From Octopus sinensis (Eukaryota), in contig NW_021828383.1 of NCBI RefSeq assembly GCF_006345805.1, positions 1 through 8,657 on the forward strand: 8,657 bases of DNA. The letters are read 5' to 3'. The notes beneath the pieces are model-generated. The model had not been told where the DNA came from. It saw only the letters and a list, made by a program, of their open reading frames with translations, and made no database searches. How positions within the stretch are numbered: position 1 is the first letter of the stretch; every line of letters starts with the position of its first letter. The position numbers and the translations under genes were made by a program. Shown here in pieces: positions 6,335-8,657 of this stretch.

Positions 6335-6720
6335 AAGGACACTTTAAGAAGCATTCAGTAAAAGCTTTCCCATAGCTGGTCATTGTTCATGCTAGAAATA
6401 GAAACCAAGTGAATTCAAATTCACATTATTTTTCATATAAAATTTAAAGGACAGCTAAGAACCTTTTATAAATGAAATTGGCCTGTATATGGTCTCATTT
6501 CATGCTAGAAAGAGCCACCAAAGCCTTCACATTTTTTGTTTTATCACACATAAATATCGAAGGACAATTTACAATGCATCATTGTCAAATATTGTCCTAT
6601 AGATGGACTAACATCATGCTAGAAATAACAGCCAAATACTCTAAAATGTGTATCGTTTTTCAGAAAGAAATGAAGGACAGACACATTCAGACACAACTCT
6701 TAAAATATTCTCCTGTGGCA
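6335..6720. repeat. Degenerate tandem repeat, ~113-bp unit, ~3.4 copies
   Basis: AAGGACA at 6335, 6447, 6560, 6673 (spacing 112, 113, 113). CATGCTAGAAA at 6388, 6501, 6615 (spacing 113, 114), each preceded by a cc(t/a)..tagatgg-like motif and followed by ccaa. Confidence 0.8.
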
Positions 6721-6856
6721 GTTTAAGTGTAAAATATTATAAAAGTATGCATCTATGAGTTTTATGTGTTTAAAAATCATAGCAAAGACATCTGTGTATA
6801 TGTAGGTATATATAAATATACATGTGTATAATTGTTCCTTTATGATGTATAAGCTT

Positions 6857-7326
6857 CTTCCCTAATAACTTACAGAAAAATGGACATTGTTCATGGAATT
6901 TCCTACAAATATGCTTCAGATGGTGTAGATTCCGATTCTATGGGGATTTATTGGGAAAACTTTTTTTCTTTCATAACAAAGGCGAATCTTGTGAATTTTC
7001 TAAAACTGCTTTTCCCACCCAGGGTCAAACGGTTTTCACAATGAATTCCGATTTAATCAGAATCTAAACCATCTGAAGAATATTTGTAGAAAATTTCATT
7101 AAAAAATATTTAATTTTGTGAAAGTTGTGAGGAAGCAAATTCGGCATAACTACAGATAGATACCCCCACAGACTTTGTTTCCTCATAACTTGCAGAAAAA
7201 TGGATATTTTTTCAGGAAACTTTCAACAAATAATCGTTTAGTTCCTGTAGATTGAGTTTTTGTAAGGATTTGTTGGAAAAACATTTTCTGAAGTGTTGCG
7301 GAAAGGAGTTTCGCAAAATTCACACA
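6857..7326. mobile_element. Foldback/MITE-like cluster: three copies of a ~160-bp unit in +,-,+ orientation
   Basis: Copy 1 (+, 6857-6968, partial) has ctacaaatatgcttcagatggtgtagattccgatt. Copy 2 (-, ~6990-7140) has the reverse complement ctacaaatattcttcagatggtttagattctgatt. Copy 3 (+, 7174-~7326) shares ataactt(a/g)cagaaaaatgga with copy 1, and tttg.ttcctca.aactt plus ...aaaattcaca with the reverse complement of copy 2. The transposon origin is inferred. Confidence 0.65.
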
Positions 7327-7395
7327 ACCAGACATTTTCCTGTTGTTTCTAGCACACCACCCTCCTTGTCTTCTTCTTTTTTCTCATTCAATATT

Positions 7396-7815
7396 TTGAC
7401 GTTTTTCAATATTTTCCCCTCAGAAACACATTTATGTTATAAAAAAATAAAAAGAATATTTTAAAAATCTATGATTATTTTTAGCCCCACTTCCTGGCCC
7501 CCGATTCTTTCTCATTATATAATTGTAAAATATTGGAGAGCCTGAGAAGATTCTTGCTGGGATTTATCCACAGGGATTTAAATAAGAGCTTTGTAAAAGA
7601 GGATTTCTTTTGAGAGCATCCTTTTCTCTTAGAAAATGCTTTCTTTTCTTACACACACGGCCTTGCTTGGTTGCGATGCGAATAAAAATCGAAATTACCA
7701 TTTTGTCTTTTCTCTTAGCTTATTATATCGCAGCAATGGACCAGGCGTGTGTTACTTTGGCATCATCATTCCATAAAATGTGTTTCTTGGGAGAGAAAAT
7801 ATTGAAAAGCATCAA
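7396..7815. mobile_element. Candidate MITE-like element bounded by ~42-bp imperfect inverted repeats (7396-7436 / 7772-7815)
   Basis: ttgacgtttttcaatattttcccctcagaaacacatttatg versus the reverse complement of 7772-7815, ttgatgcttttcaatattttctctcccaagaaacacattttatg. Non-coding interior; no clear target-site duplication. Confidence 0.5.
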
Positions 7816-7979
7816 TAAAAAAAGAAATTTGAGTTTTTAAAATTTTTTCTTAGTGAAAATCGAGGGGTTTTCTTCCCAAAGTTTACATAATACTTTTATA
7901 AGCGATCTTTCGTTGTAAGAATTGATAATACATTATATAGACATAAATATGTAAACAAAATTATATACCAGGTAGGCAG

Positions 7980-8088
7980 AATATATATATCCATACGTAT
8001 TTATATATAAACTCATATATATATACACCTGCAGACATATACATATAATTATACATTATTATACACTGCCTTCTTGCACACACATACA
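7980..8088. repeat. Degenerate TA/CA-rich low-complexity tract
   Basis: atatatatat...atatatacac...cacacacatac. Confidence 0.7.
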
Positions 8089-8296
8089 TTCAGTCCCACT
8101 GCGTGGCACCTTGGGCAAGTGTCTTCTACTATAGCCTGGGGCCGACCAAAGCCTTCTGAGTGGATTTGGTAGACGGAAACTGAAAGAAGCCCGTTGTATA
8201 TATATATATGTGTGTGTGCCTATGTTTGCGTTTGGCCACGAACATCGCTTGACAATGGATTTTAGTGTGTTTACGCTCCCGTAACTTAGTGATTCA
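8089..8296 (+). mobile_element. 5'- and 3'-truncated CORE-type tRNA-derived SINE (Octopus-type) with internal (TA)n(TG)n
   Basis: It begins with a B-box remnant (ttcagtccc), then ACCTTGGGCAAGT (8108-8120), the hallmark of the CORE-SINE central domain (cf. MIR gtgaccttgggcaagt). An internal microsatellite lies at 8197-8218. The end, cgtaacttagtgattca, overlaps the start of the minus-strand fragment at 5811-5952 (cgtcacttagcgttca). Confidence 0.8.
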
Positions 8297-8545
8297 AGAT
8301 TTTTATAGTGTAATGTAACTCTTTGGAATAACGATGTTTGCGGCTGAAGAGAGCTTTAAACCATCTTTTGTATCAATTATACACTGATATAAGAATGGTG
8401 TTTATAAAGCTTGAAACACGTGTACTGCAACATCCTTTGTGTTCTGTTTTTGATTTAATTTCATATATTTTATTTGATATGTTCTCCCTCACCTCTGCCA
8501 CTATCTGGCATATACAGGTGCTTACACTTATCAAGTATTCACCTG

Positions 8546-8546
<1 letters not shown>

Positions 8547-8586
<40 letters not shown>

Positions 8587-8645
8587 TATAAAGTTAATCC
8601 AAACAAGAAAACAAAAAAAAACAAAAAAAAACAAAAAAACACAAC
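8547..8645. repeat. (TA)n microsatellite followed by an A-rich (CAn) tract
   Basis: tatatata... 8547-8590; aaacaagaaaacaaaaaaaaacaaaaaaaaacaaaaaaac 8601-8640. Confidence 0.9.
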
Positions 8646-8657
8646 CAACGCCAGGAC

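Noticed and set aside
6335-6720. Regularly spaced motifs with variable spacers resembling a CRISPR array
   Set aside because: The conserved blocks are only 7-12 nt, the spacers are themselves weakly homologous, the period is too long, there are no cas genes and the context is eukaryotic.
8512-8549. Small hairpin caggtg...cacctg
   Set aside because: The stem is too short to distinguish from chance.
6472-8648. Short ORFs 6472..6726, 7252..7464, 7610..7840, 8338..8583, 8373..8648
   Set aside because: They are short, lie within repeats or run into microsatellites, and show no domain-like features or transposase motifs.

Overview
AT-rich eukaryotic genomic DNA, most likely a coleoid cephalopod such as Octopus. 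That assignment is an inference from the CORE-type SINE fragments and the dense (TA)n/(TG)n microsatellites. Positions 1-4761 (+) hold the 3' part of one apparently intron-free gene. It encodes at least ~1,590 aa built from about six tandem, highly diverged NHL-like beta-propeller modules of ~220-340 aa. The reading frame is broken at three points (~102-105, ~3977, ~3994). Each break is repaired by adding one base to a short homopolymer, so the two listed ORFs and the first 104 nt are most likely one CDS damaged by assembly indels or very recent pseudogenisation. The modules may alternate between two types (A/C/E vs B/D/F). Positions 4762-8657 are non-coding and repeat-rich. They contain microsatellites, three fragments of one SINE family (two forming an inverted pair just downstream of the gene), a cryptic ~113-bp tandem repeat, a foldback cluster of ~160-bp units, a MITE-like inverted-repeat pair and a ~100-nt hairpin. 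No prokaryotic features, CRISPR array or intact RNA gene were found.
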